Shown here: positions 1 to 12,902 of the stretch, piece by piece | How positions within the stretch are numbered: the first letter of the stretch is position 1 | Layout of the letters: the number at the start of each line of letters is the position of its first letter | From: Amoebidium appalachense | Taxonomy: Eukaryota > Protista > Ichthyosporea | Reading direction: 5' to 3' | Assembly: GCA_963693365.1 (NCBI GenBank) | Contig: CAVNZM010000011.1 | Location: 5,599,921 to 5,663,920, forward strand | Length of the DNA stretch: 64,000 bases | Notes under the pieces: model-generated | Seen by the model: only the letters and a program-made list of their open reading frames with translations | The model's database searches: none | Told to the model about the DNA's origin: nothing | Position numbers and translations under genes: made by a program

Positions 1-2
1 GT

Positions 3-2030
3 GAACGAAATTATGCGGCGAATAAAAGGGAAGCCTTAGGTGTGTATTGGGCTGTGTGCAAAGCATTCCGCGCTTACACCTATGGGGCTCCTTTCTTGTT
101 ACGAACCGACCACTCCAGCTTGACGCGCATTCTGTCTACCGGCGATGCACCGGAACCTGTTGTTGCAGGCTGGCAAATGGCGCTTTCCGCATACACATAC
201 GAAATTCAGCACAGGGCGGGCAAACACCACAGCAATGCTGATGGACTCTCTCGGCCATCTAAAGAAAATGCGCAACCAGGACCCGAAGATACTGAGCTGA
301 CATACCCCTCACTGATCGGCACAGTCTCGGGCTCGTCCACGGTGTTTGCGGTAACACGCTCCGCCGCAGCGACAGCGCAGGCACAAGCTGCCACCCACCC
401 ACCCCCAGCTGAACCCACGAAACCTAATACCACGCCGCCAGAATTTATTCCCCCAAAAGCGGATGGACGAATGCCCACCTATGAACAGTATGTGTCAGCA
501 CAGAAGGCTGATAAACACATTGCGAAAGTCAGGGCCCACCTGGAAAAAGCACCGGGCTACGAATTATTTGGCAACGAAATCGCGATGGAAGCTAGTCGCT
601 GCACCATAGACAATGACCTTGTGTATGTGTGGGTCCTAGAACAGCGTGGCCCCCGCAAACCCAGCAAGGAACCACGAATTTGGGTGCCGTCTACGCTTGT
701 GCGCCTCGTTTTGGCCGCATGTCACGACGCCCCAACCGCAGGTCACCTCGACGCAGCACGCACCTTCCACCGTGTTACCCAGATAGCATGGTGGCCACGT
801 GTATGGCAAGACTCGGTGCAGTGGGTAACCACATGCAAAGCCTGTCAATACCGGAAGACACCCCGAATGCAAAAGAAACTACGAATTCACGATGGTTTTA
901 TCCCCACCTATCCCTTTCAATACGTGTCTATGGACATTACTGAGATGCCTACGAAATCTGATCTCAGAGTTTCCCTGTTGGTGTTTCTCGACCTCTTCAC
1001 TCGCTGGCCGGAAGTGATTTTATTTCACAAAACACCCACAGCCGAAGATGTGGCAAAGGCATTCGAAGACTCCATCTACTGCCGTCACGGTCGTCCGGAA
1101 TTTTTAGTATCAGACAACGGCGCGAATTTGGCAGCTATGTTGGTCACAGATGTCTGTCGAGTGTTGGCTACAAAACGAATTTTTGCAAGTCCCTACAGCC
1201 CCCAGACCAATGGTGCCGTAGAGCGATTCAATCGCACACTTAAGAATATTCTTGCCACTCTCGTGCAGGATAAACACCACGAATGGATTGACTACTTACC
1301 GCAAGTACTGTTTTCCTACCGCACCGCCTACCACTCTTCCTTGGGGGACACGCCATTCTTCATGCTTTATGGCAGAGATCCGGTCGAGCCCCCCCGCCCC
1401 CCAATTGCGGCTTCATGTGGGATGGAGACGGAGGAATACCGTCGAGAACTACTGCAACGAGTGCAGTATGCCCGGCAAACAGTCACACGAATTATGTCTG
1501 AAGCTGCCCGTCGTAGTAAAATCACGGCTAACAAAAATGCTCGTGAACCCACAGAACTCGAGGGTCTGGTGTTGAAAGCAGTCACAGACTCCACCACCGA
1601 CCACAGTCTACCCACGGCACTCAGACCTAAATGGGAAGGTCCGTATCGCGTCCTGCGGCGCGTTACCGACGCCCCCATGTCTTACGAAATTCAGCGGGTT
1701 GGGTCAACGGACACCGTTCGAGCACACGCACGTCACTTGAAGCCGTATTTTCCCCGTGACGACGTTGATATGACGCCAGCCGACTCTGGTCCGCAAGATT
1801 CACCCACCCCCACCTTCGAAGTGGCAAAAATTATTGCCCACAAGTACGACTCGGCAACTGCCCAAGCCCTTTACAAAGTTCGTTGGAAAGGGTACACGGC
1901 TAAGAACGACACCTGGGAACCTCACTCCGGCCTGCAAGACACAGCCGCAGGAGCACTCACAGACTACCTAGGTACTTTGGTGGCCGGCCCTGCCAGCCAG
2001 CCCGCACGAAAGAAGCGCCGACGTCGCTAA
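3..2030 (+). CDS. pol: Ty3/Gypsy pol, 3' part (RNase H end, integrase, chromodomain); element 1, truncated by window start
   Basis: Frame open from base 3 (ERNYAANKREALGVYW..TDH..HSNADGLSR = RNase H end). HHCC Zn finger (HDAPTAGH..CKAC), D,D(35)E core (SMDIT, SDNG, NGAVERFN), GPY/F (WEGPY), chromodomain (FEVAKII..YKVRWKGY..DTWEP), basic C-terminus RKKRRRR. No stops. Confidence 0.96.
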   Translation, partial: ERNYAANKREALGVYWAVCKAFRAYTYGAPFLLRTDHSSLTRILSTGDAPEPVVAGWQMALSAYTYEIQHRAGKHHSNADGLSRPSKENAQPGPEDTELTYPSLIGTVSGSSTVFAVTRSAAATAQAQAATHPPPAEPTKPNTTPPEFIPPKADGRMPTYEQYVSAQKADKHIAKVRAHLEKAPGYELFGNEIAMEASRCTIDNDLVYVWVLEQRGPRKPSKEPRIWVPSTLVRLVLAACHDAPTAGHLDAARTFHRVTQIAWWPRVWQDSVQWVTTCKACQYRKTPRMQKKLRIHDGFIPTYPFQYVSMDITEMPTKSDLRVSLLVFLDLFTRWPEVILFHKTPTAEDVAKAFEDSIYCRHGRPEFLVSDNGANLAAMLVTDVCRVLATKRIFASPYSPQTNGAVERFNRTLKNILATLVQDKHHEWIDYLPQVLFSYRTAYHSSLGDTPFFMLYGRDPVEPPRPPIAASCGMETEEYRRELLQRVQYARQTVTRIMSEAARRSKITANKNAREPTELEGLVLKAVTDSTTDHSLPTALRPKWEGPYRVLRRVTDAPMSYEIQRVGSTDTVRAHARHLKPYFPRDDVDMTPADSGPQDSPTPTFEVAKIIAHKYDSATAQALYKVRWKGYTAKNDTWEPHSGLQDTAAGALTDYLGTLVAGPASQPARKKRRRR

Positions 2031-2095
2031 CTTCCCTCAGCCTGGTGGTTTACCGTCTCCAGACCATACCACCAGGCTCCCGAGAAGGGGGGGAG

Positions 2096-2705
2096 TGTAA
2101 ACATCTGTACACGCCGTACATGTTTACTATTACGAATATACTGTACATATCATAGTGATCACGTAGATATTGTGTACATATGATCAGATCAATATCACAC
2201 GCGACAGCCGCGGGCTGCGGCTCACGACTGAGCCGCGGCGCCGGCAATATGCAGTGGCCGTGCAGTCAGTATGAACCAATAGAATTCGAGAACCGCTAGG
2301 ATAGGAATGCAAGTCTCATCCACTACGGAGGCGACATCTATAGCTAAACGAACGGAACCAATAAGGAAATCAGACCCAGTTGCATAAACCTAAACAGGCT
2401 TAAGTATTGACCAATCATTTGCCACAAAGTTATCCTTTTAGTTAGCTTCATGTTATTGGTGCACTGTGTGCACATAAAGACGACCGCACTCTTCTGACTG
2501 GTCAGAAGTCACGAAGGCATCAATGCCACCCATCCAGATGATCCGGAACCTGGGGGCTATATAAACAAGCCGTCCCAGTACGGGGGATCACTCTGAACGA
2601 GCACATTAAATAGTAACCTGGCCGCGTGTGCCTTACTACCCGTTCTCTGTCTTTATTCTGATTCAGTTGTTCTCTGCCTTATCCCAACTAGTTCAACTGT
2701 TTACA
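2096..2705 (+). mobile_element. 3' LTR of Gypsy element 1 (610 bp)
   Basis: Polypurine tract 2082-2095 directly followed by TGTAAACA; ends TGTTTACA (2698-2705), a perfect 8-bp inverted terminus. TATA-like ctatataaa near 2558. 11-bp inverted repeat (2039-2049/2068-2078) just before the PPT. Confidence 0.9.
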
Positions 2706-5700
2706 CCACATCACATACACACCCCACCCCACCCGTGCAGGCACCACAGGTAGGTATGTTGCACGTAGGTATCGAGGGTGTGAGTCTTCGTGGGCAGGGA
2801 TTGGGTGTGAGTGATGATGTGTTGCTTGAATTGGAGGAGGATTTAGTTGGTTTTAGCCGGCATTATATAGACGTATGGTTAGCTGATGGTAAGTTGAAGG
2901 CTGTTGCTTTGCTCGATGGAGGGGCTCAGGTTAATTGTGTGCATGCTTCGTTTATTCGTCGTTTTAATCAGGCCGGGGGGGAAATTCCTATTTTAGCTGC
3001 TTCTAGCACAGCCTTAGGTAGTGCTAATAATAGTAGTATGTCTGTGGAACGTGTTTGTGTGTTGCCGTGTGAGATAGGTGGCCAGGCTATGCATATTGCT
3101 TGTTATGTGGTTAAGGATTTAGCTCAAAGTGTTTTGTTGGGAGCCCCATTTTTCCGTAGACATGTGAATGCTTTGTTTGAACGTACGAATGTTTTAGAAT
3201 TGCAGTCCGGCGTTAAAATTAAAACCCATGATGGGCTCGACGGTTATCAGTCTGGTGCTAGAACGGTAGCTGAAGTAGTAATCGAGCCTTATCAGTGCCA
3301 AACGGTACGTGTCCGGGCCGGCAATCATGTCAGGATAGGGGATTTAGGGGTTTTTACTCCGAAAACCCCATTTCAGGAGGTGGCCCAATGGACCCTTAGT
3401 AGGGTATGGCCGGATAAGACAATAGAAATAGAATTAGTGAATCCGGGCATCGAGCCTATAGTGATTAGGTCAGGTGTTTCCGTCGGTAGTTTCTTAGTCT
3501 AATGAGATTGGTAGTATAGAGGTCTCTCTTATTACCCAAAAGGAGGATGCCGGCTCGAAGGGTGACTCAGGAGGAGGGGGAACAACTTTATTTAACGTTA
3601 GCCACCAAAATGTCACCCGACACGATGGGGGGGGGGACCGGGACAGCACCGGTCCCACTCCCCCGACCCCCAAGAGGAAGGAGGGTCACCCCGGGTGTGA
3701 GAATGTGCAGGCAGGGGGGGAGGGTGTTGGTCTAACCCGTGGATCTGACGGGTTAACCAACAACGTGGGGGGCAGGGTGGCCACAGACCTGGCCCCCCAC
3801 ATACATGCACTAACTCATCAGGAATTGCCCGGGGGCATTGGTGTGCCGGGGGGAGGGGGGGGTGCTAAGGGTGACCGCCTATATCCGGAGGTACCTCAAC
3901 CTCACCCCGCGCAGCACCGATGTAATACAGGAGGTGAAATGTTAAGTGGCACTCCGGTGAATAAGGATGCATCCACTTGTGATGGGGGTAACCCGGAGTT
4001 AGTATTGCCGTTTGGTATGAAGGAGGGGGATTGGACGGTAGACCAGAAAAGATTGCTAGCTAAGTTATTTGATAGGACTCGGTTTGCATTTCTGGCCGAT
4101 GATAACGAAGTAGGCTTCGTTAAAGGGTTTGAAATGCAGATCGACACAGGTGATAATAGGCCGGTAGTGATGCCTAGCTATAGAATGGAGCAGTATAAAT
4201 TGTCGGATGCGCTAATAATAGTGAGTGATATGTTAAAAAAGGGTCATGTGGAGCATAGTTCGAGTCCGTGGAGAAGTCCGGTGCTATTGGTTAAGAAGCC
4301 CGACGGGTCTTGGCGTCTAGTGAACGATTACAGCGCCCTGAATCGGATCACTAAGGCAGACCAATGGCCTCTCCCTAACATAGACGAGCAGCTTTCACAG
4401 CTGCACGGCTATACTCACTTTGCTAAACTTGATTTAAAAGCAGCTTTTTGGCAGATAAGGTTGGAGGAGAGCAGCAAGGAGAAGACTGCCTTTGCACTGG
4501 GTGACCAGCTGTTCCAGTACAAGGTGGTGCCGATGGGTTTGCTCTCCTCTCCAGCTATGTTGTGCCGGGTAATGTATAAAATTCTCCACCCTCATTTGGA
4601 TGTATGCCACCCGTATTTGGATGATGTTTAAATTAAAGGTAGGTCATTTGAGGAGCTAGTTAATAATTGTGAAAAAGTATTTTTAGCTTTGGGTGAGTCT
4701 GGTCTTCGTATTAGCGGTAGCAAGACTGTGATTGGTGTGCCGGAGGTTAAGTTTTTAGGTCATATTGTGTCTAGTAATGGTCTTTCTCCTGATCCGGAGA
4801 AAATCCGGGCCATAGTTGAGTGGCCCCGTCCTCAGACTGTCACTCAACTAAGGCAATTTTTAGGTTTAACTAATTATCTTCGTCGTTATATTAAGGATTA
4901 TAGTATGCTTGCTTTGCCGTTAACTAGTCAGACGGGGGGGGAGAAGAAGAATAGAATAGATTGGAATGTTGATGCTGTTTCTGCTTTCGAAAAGCTTAAG
5001 TTAGCTTTGCAGTCTTCGAGTATGCTTGTTCATCCTGATTTTTCGGCCGGGGGGGGGATGTTTAAAGTTCGGTGTGATGCAAGTAAGGTTGCTGAGGGGG
5101 CCGTGTTATATCAAGTGCAGGAGGGGCAGGATAGAGTGATTGCTTATGCTAGTCGTTCATTTAGTAAAAGTGAACGTAGATATAGCAATCCGGAGAGAGA
5201 GTCCCATGCTATCTTTTGGGCAGTCTCACAGGCATGGAGGTATATACTCGCAGGCAGGACGTTTGAGGTCTACACCGACCACAAGCCCTGCCTAGCCATG
5301 GCCGGCACCACTCGTCTGGTCAACGAGAGGATGCAGAAGTGGGCCGCGGCTCTCGGTGAGTTCTCCTATAAATTGTTTTATGCCAAGGGTGAAACAATGG
5401 TTGACTGTGATGCTCTCTCTCGTGCTGCTTATATTTTGTTTGAAGAAGAGAAGGAGGGGGAGGGGGGGCTAGTGAGAGACGGGGGGGGGAGGGGGGAAGG
5501 GGGGGGAGAGTGAGCAGAAAGGAATAGATGCTGTGTCTGTTGATGTGTCTTCTTGGGCTCCGGGGTTGCTTGCTTATAAGTGTAGGGGAGGGGGGGGGAG
5601 GTATTTGTCTGTGTCTGAGGTCGGGACCGAGTCTCATGGCTCGGCCCCTGCCTTAGCACCTACGGCTTTGATCTTAGCTCAGGAGGAAGATGTGTTGATT

Positions 5701-7474
5701 GGTCTGGTTAAGAATTATTTAAAGGGGCCGGTTGATTCGATTAAATTTAAAAATAAAAGGCAGATGATTAAGGTAGCTAAGTTAGCAAAAATGTGTCAGG
5801 TAGAGCAGGATTTAGTTTATCATTGTTCTGGGCCAGACGGACACCGAGTTTGGGTCCCGACGGCACTTGTGCCTGAGGTTTTGCATATGGTGCATGAGCA
5901 TCCCATGGCTGGTCATTTAGGTGTAAATAGGACGTTGCTTCGTGTTAATCGTTCGTATTTTTGGCCGGGTATGAGTAGGGAGGTGAGGGATTATGTGTTG
6001 TCATGCATGCATTGTCAGGAAAGGAATGAGAGTCCCCACTCTCGTTCCCGCCCGTCGTTTATTAGGGATTTTAATGTTCGTATGTTTGAAAGGGTAGCAG
6101 TGGATGTGGTCGGTCCTTTTAACTGATGAATTCTACGGTTGAGGGTAACACTGTTCTTGTTACCGTCACCGATGTGGCCACTCGTTGGGTTGAAGTTTTT
6201 CCTCTCCCCACTGCTAATGCCGTTTTGTTTGCTCGTATTTTTGTGGATGAAATTTGTCTTAGGTTTGGTTGTCCTCGTGTTTTGTTAACGGATAGGAGTC
6301 GTGTGTTTTTAAATCAGTTGGTGTCGGAGGTGTGTAAAATTTTAAGGGTAGCTCATATCGCTACGTCTGCATATCACCCTCAAGCAAATGCCATCTCTGA
6401 ACGTGTGCATGCAGTGTTTCAGAAGTCCTTTGGCAAAATGGTGGATGTGGAGGCTAATGATTGGGATCATATGTCTAGGTTTATTGCTCATTCATATAAT
6501 TCTACCCCTCATGCTGTGACTGGTTTTTCTCCGTTTTATTTGGTCTATGGGCAGGAGGCTATTAGTTTGTTAGATACGGCACTTTTGCCGATGGGGGGGG
6601 CTGACCGACTAACCTATCCCCACTGGACTGAGTTCCGGGAGCAGCTACTAACCCGGGCCCGGCTGCACGTAATGCAGCTCTGGCCCGTACACAGCAGGCA
6701 CAGACACGTGCGGACGTGTCCACACGTCCGTTACGTGAATTTGCCGAGGGTACTTTAGTTTTAATTAGGGATCATACTAGGAAAAAGAGATATAAGCAGG
6801 AGCAGGAAGGTAAGGGTGAAGGTGAAGGTCTTCGTAAGTATGGTAAGAAATGGTTGCCTCTTTTTATCGGTCCGTATAAAATAGTGGCTAGGTTAGGTCC
6901 GACGGAATATAAGGTGCAGAGGTTAGCTAATGAGAGTGATGTTAGATTTTATAATGTTGATGATATAAAGGAATATTATGATAGGGCCCTTAGGGTTAAA
7001 CGGCCGGAGGGCCGTCGAGTGTTAGATGCATTCACCCCCGACTATGACGGGTCGGTGGATGTATCGGAGGCTGCAGTAGATAAAATTATGGATAAAAAGG
7101 TTATCGAAGATAAGGAAGGTAAGGTAAATTATTATTTAATTCGTTTTGAGGGAGGTTATCAGGAAGATCAGTGGTTGCCTGAGTTTCATTTGGATTGCCC
7201 GTTTTCTATTCGTGCTTATGAGGCTAGATTAGTGCAGAGGGAGCTGCCTAGTGCTCCCTCTCGGCCAAAGAGAGTTATTCCTCAGTTTAATCGTAGTGTG
7301 AAAAAGTCGGTGGGGGAGGGGGCCGGGGGGGGAGTGATGCAAATACACGTAGACACAGGGGGGGAGGGGGAGGGAGGGGAGGAGACCGAGGAGGAGTGTG
7401 AACGTAGTCGTAGGAATTTAATTTATTATCATAGGTGTCTCCGTAGGTATCAAGCTTATGATGGTGTAGATTAA
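2706..7474 (+). pseudogene. pol: Degenerate Ty3/Gypsy pol of element 2 (protease, dUTPase-like segment, RT, RNase H, integrase, chromodomain)
   Basis: LLDGGA protease (2735-3502); RT SPWRSPVLLVKKPDGSWRL..YLDD followed by in-frame TAA at 4629-4631; RNase H CDAS..TDHKP..DALSR; integrase HEHPMAGH..CMHC, DVVGP, TDR, SERVH, GPY; chromodomain-like VDKIMDKK..YYLIRFEG..DQWLPE. Several frame changes between ORF pieces. Confidence 0.93.
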
Positions 7475-7607
7475 TTTATTATTTTTCTTCGTAATTTAGT
7501 TAATTTAATTTTTTTTAGGAGACTGATTAGTCTATGTCTTTTTAGGGGGTGTTAGATGTAATGTGACTGAGGTGGGACTCAGCTTTTCCGGGGGCCGGGG
7601 GGGGAGT

Positions 7608-8355
7608 TGACATATACTAATCCGTCTCAGCAGATTAGCCTAAGTCTACGATCGAGATCGGGGGGGGGGGGGGGGGGGGGGTGGCCCGGGTCCACAGATC
7701 ATCAAGATCAAGTCCGGGGCCTCAAGATAGCTGTACAGCTGCGTGCATCTTGCCTCTGCCGGCGCAGGGCATTGGACCACGTCAGCCGGGACAGCCGTCC
7801 AATAGAATTCTATTTAGTGTGTAGGATAGATCGTAGGAGGACTTAGGAATGTGATTGTTCGGGCAGAAGCCCTTTTGTAAGTATTGGCAAGGTTAGATAG
7901 TGTATGTTGCCAAACGTATTTATATATGTAGATGTAGAGGAAAGGGGGGGAGGGAGGGGGGGGGAGGATAGTATGAAATGTAGATTTAGACTCTGCGGTG
8001 CCACTAGGGGGAGGGTGAGGGGTGAGACATGGATAAATATATTAGTTGAGTAGATCGACTTAGCTCGTGCAGGCGCACGATAAAAGTAGATCGGAATGTT
8101 TGGAATGTGGCATCGTAGGGGGCCAGGTGATGATGATCTTTGAGGGCACGGCCTTGATGGCCTCAGTCGTAACTTAGACTCATTCCGTACGGATCTAAGT
8201 TTGCCCGTCGGAGCCTGGTCTGAATAAACTTTATCGTTTTTCCGTACACGTTCGTTCCTTTTCGTGTGTGTACACTTAGTAGAGTGCCGCGTCTCTAGTA
8301 CACATACATTAGGATACGACACTTTCTCCCCCTATCACCCTTGTATCTAGTGTCA
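7608..8355 (+). mobile_element. 3' LTR of Gypsy element 2 (~750 bp)
   Basis: G-rich PPT ending 7606, then (T)TGACA; matching TGTCA(A) at 8351-8356; AATAAA at 8223. Second LTR not in window so ends are inferred. Confidence 0.7.
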
Positions 8356-8607
8356 AAGGGACTTGCCCCAACCATAGTCATTCAGCGCCCGGGCTGCCTA
8401 GTCCAAACCACACCATTAGCCCTGCACTATGGTTTCCAGTGCGGGCCGAACGTTGCGCTTGCGGTGAACACTGCCACACTTGGTTGGTCGGAAAAGCTGT
8501 CCTTGTATGATGTTTGCGAATGCCGATCACATTTCCTCCCAGACGTAGACAGAGTAGTGAAAGCATTTGCTACAGTTCGACGGCTAAACATCCCCATTGC
8601 AATCGGT

Positions 8608-8641
<34 letters not shown>

Positions 8642-9251
8642 CGTTTAAAAAAAAAATACTCTATCCCTTTTGTTTTTGTATTGTGTGTTTCCCACATACT
8701 GTATGCGTGAAAACAGCACACTGACGTTTTTCTCTTGCCTCGTTTTCTGTATGTTGTTGTGTTGTGTGCACGTAGTTTTCTTTCCTTGGTTTTGCAAGTG
8801 CATGTGCGAAATAACCTTCTGGGTGTTACAGAAGCATGTTTCCAATGTTCTAGTAGATTGCCGAGATAAAAAACATAAGCTTAAGTATCTGTTGGATAAC
8901 CGACTAATCAGTGTGTATATGCAACACATATTTGTACACGTTCGTTGGCCAACAAACACATGTCTGTTGGATAGGTGTTACATATAGAATTGATACTTTG
9001 ATTGATGCTTTATATCCATAATGATTGGATGCCCGACTAATACCTATATGTATAGTGTGGATGTTTTGTGTATATGTTTTCCATATCCATTGACCAACCA
9101 ACACATGCCTTTGCATATGCAAAATGCATATCTATCTCATATAATGACCCTAAACTAGGTTTAAGGTAAACGGTATACACGTGGTGTTTCCCACACAATC
9201 TTCCTTCCAGTTTACTTCTTCACCCATGCTCACTCCCACTTTTATCCACAG

Positions 9252-10472
9252 ATACATCCAAGTCTCCTGCAAGCGGTGACAAACCAAAACGCCTCATGTC
9301 GTCTTGGGGAGCCGACGAGGACTTTCCTAAAGATGCCGACGGCCAGTACCTTCTTCCGGATGACGACATCAGGTTGGCCTACTACCTTACGGTTGTCTGC
9401 ACGCGCTACCCCACCACCACGATGAAGGACAAGCTGCGGACTACCTACGCTGCAGGCAGGGATGAGATGCTGGCTGCGCTGCGCGGTGCCGGCCATTCCA
9501 TGCCGGAAGGGAAATTCGTTGAGTTTGAAAACATCCCACCGGAGGGCCCATCTGGTGATGAATCGGGCGATGCGGAGAATGAGCATGAGACTCCTAGTCC
9601 CCGCAAGAAGTCCAAAAGCAGCCGCAAGCGTACCCCCCCTTCGTCGGATAGCGAGGATGAGGATGATGACGACGACATCCCTGTGCTTGAGAAGTTGACC
9701 CCTGGCAAGACCCTTAAGTGGCTGGTAGGTACTCCTAATATGACGGGAAGAAATTGTTATTCTCTCATGTAAATATTCTTTCGATGGTTTTTGCAGACTC
9801 TCGCTTTTCCCTAAACGCATTACAGTTGCCCTTAATTGCCACCCATTGATTTTGTTCCCCTTTTTTTTTTGTCTTTTTTTCCTTTTTCTTTTCTTTGTTT
9901 TTCCCTGGTACTATCAAACCATCACAAATTTCGAACTTGACTAGGTTTTACTCCTGTTTTCGTTTGTATTTTAATGGCCAGTTTGTGTGACCTCAAACTA
10001 ACCCCCCCCCCCCCCCCCTCCCCCCCCTTTCCAAAACACCCACCCTCCCAAAAAAAAAAAAAACACGCACGCACGCACACGCACGCACACACCCACACCA
10101 TCCACTCTCCCATGTTTGCCACAGAATGACAACGTCAAGCAGTTCACCAAGTCTCACCAGGTCTACCAGGTGATGCTGTTGGTCAACCCCACTGTCAACG
10201 AGTTGGACAATTGTAGTCTGGCCCTTGCTACCCTCGAGGCCATCAAGACTGTGATGCCGACTGCACATGATGTACTGAGCTCAAGGGGCAAGCCTGAGGA
10301 ACACTGGACGAGCATGTTGGCCAGCGCGACCCGTGGTACAGACGCCAAGAAGGTCGTTACGGCCATCCGCACGGGGCTGACCACAGTCAGATCCATGGTT
10401 CACGGCAACATACGCAATGCCTTCGTCCACTACCCAGTGCCTGACACCAACTCATCGGTATTCCCCCCCCCC

Positions 10473-10507
<35 letters not shown>

Positions 10508-10528
10508 GCGCGCGCACACACACAACCT

Positions 10529-10564
<36 letters not shown>

Positions 10565-11146
10565 TCCCAGACACACTCAAACATAACACACACCCCATCA
10601 CCTCCAAAAAATTTAAAAATCAAAAAAGAGAACATTTACGATCACTTCCACATCCACACCATAATGATTATGCAAATATGGTTTACACATGCACAGAAAG
10701 TACTAAACCGTTGGTCTGCGGTAGTCGTTTAATGGGTATCCGTTGGATATCCTTTCACATACATGTTCATTGGATAATACATATCTATTGCATGTCGTGT
10801 ACACCCCTATCGAGATAACAAACGTATGCTTACCTATCTGTTGGACAACCGATGGATACGTGTTTAATATGTTTAGCATTTGTTCGTACACGTCTTGGGA
10901 GGATTTCAACGACACCCTGATTTTTATTGTTTGCAGATCATGGAGTATGCCACTTCCCATAACGACCGGGAGGCCAAGTGGGTGGAGCTGATCGACGAGG
11001 TTGTGGTGATGGGGTATCCATGTGGCCGCAAGTATTGAGCTGACCCAGACACCTTCCATCCATTCGGATGGCGTGGGTTCAACCGTGTGTTCGAGAGCAT
11101 CACGCTCACGGGGATCAAGACCCGCATCAGCTCTCTGACTCCCATG
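9252..11146 (+). pseudogene. Spliced gene of unknown function with in-frame TGA
   Basis: GT-AG exons 9252(ATG 9296)-9724, 10125-10457, 10937-11146 join in phase 0 with GC3-rich codon use; acidic/basic NLS-like tract (PRKKSKSSRKR..DSEDEDDDDD). TGA at 11036-11038 with coding-like sequence continuing to the donor. Confidence 0.6.
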
Positions 11147-11382
11147 GTATGCCAGCCCCATGTTCTAGGGAATGGGTGGCATACATACACCTTTGCATGC
11201 ACAGAAGAACAAGCGTGGTTGGAAGGGATAGAGTGGCACGTACAGTCGGCATACACTCACGTACACCACAGAGTCGTGTACTGTAACGCAGGGGGAGAAC
11301 ACACGTACACACACAGGCGCGGCCATGCACACACACGTGCAAGTGCACACAGCGCACGCACACGTGTGCTCACGCGCACGCG

Positions 11383-11484
<102 letters not shown>

Positions 11485-11495
11485 CACGCACACAC

Positions 11496-11585
<90 letters not shown>

Positions 11586-11683
11586 CACCTGAGCACATCA
11601 CGTTGCGAGCTTACATTAAATGGTAATAAAGGCTTTATTCTTTTGTTTTTTGTGGATTAGGGATGGGAGGGGTGTGTGTGTGT

Positions 11684-11715
<32 letters not shown>

Positions 11716-12619
11716 CTAGAATAGCGAAGGCTAGAGACAAAAAGGTATGCCACACAATGGCCTAAAGAAGGTTAAAGGTTTAGCAAGATTTTGAAATTAC
11801 TGAACTTGTGTGAACTAAATACTATTATGCTCTCTGCTTGCTTCCCGAATTCGAAGTTAAATCTTTAGCTGCTTCTCTTTCCAACCGGTGACCTATCAGT
11901 GGTTGCATCCTATGCACACAGCATCTTCAAAAGTTTCCGGCTACACACTACACTACGATAATGAATATTTAATGGTGGGGTTTTTCTTTTTTTTCCTTTT
12001 TTTTTTTTTATTTTTTTTTTTTTTAAATCGATGTCATATATCGAGTTATGTATCAGTTGGACCAAGTGAATATGACCATTCAATTGCAAAAGGGCGAACA
12101 GTGTGTTGATTGATGTGATTGTTATTAACGCGAATGACGAGCCGTTAAACTTTTAATATATCCAAAATAAACGATTATGACAAAAAAAACTCTGAATCAT
12201 CATTGAAAGCCCGAAAAGGAAATCTGGGCATCTTCTTATCACCAAACAGTTTAATATCAGTGGCTTTATTCCCCCAGTGCTATTTTTGGGTAGCATTTGA
12301 AATGTTTATGACCCAGCAACCTATAGCATCATGTGTTTATCCCGTTCCCTTTACATGATAGATAGCCTGAGAGTCGGCGGGTGGGGGAAAAAGTTGTGGA
12401 AGAGGACGTGGAGTAGGTGAGCGAAGGTGCAAAGAAAACCGGATAGATAACTCAAACATGTGTGCCCCGGAATACGGTGGGGCGGAAATACATAGACGGA
12501 TAGACGGCATGTCTTTTCACTGAAGATTTCTCTTGCTTAGGTGCATGTTCTTTTAAATGGTTTTTAAGTCCGGTGCTTCATGTTTTAAATTAGGGGTAAC
12601 TAAAATGATTCCTTATGTC

Positions 12620-12885
12620 AGGCAAACCAACGGAAAATCCATAAATGTTTGTGCCACTTTTGTGCAGAAGCTTTTTCTCGTAAACACTTAGATAGATGTA
12701 TTTATTTATCTCAGATTATTCCGTTAGAAATTAGAAGACTGGCTTATTTAGATAATCCTGATATTACGTCTATTGACTATCTGTTGAACCACGGTATGGT
12801 TAACGAGTTTTCTAGGGTGTATGATTATTTTCTTTGGACTGGATTTATTCGACGGAAAGATATGCAAGTATGCACGGCATACTGA
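12620..12885 (+). mobile_element. Cys/His Zn-knuckle ORF fragment, probable 3' end of a non-LTR retrotransposon ORF
   Basis: CHFCAEAFSRKHLDRC..SIDYLLN (CxxC-x7-H-x3-C); homologous to the minus-strand fragment next to it. Family assignment is inference. Confidence 0.45.
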
Positions 12886-12902
12886 GAAGACAATAAAAAA
12901 CT

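Noticed and set aside
11036-11038. Selenocysteine or readthrough codon
   Set aside because: No redox motif context and no SECIS seen; nonsense mutation is simpler.
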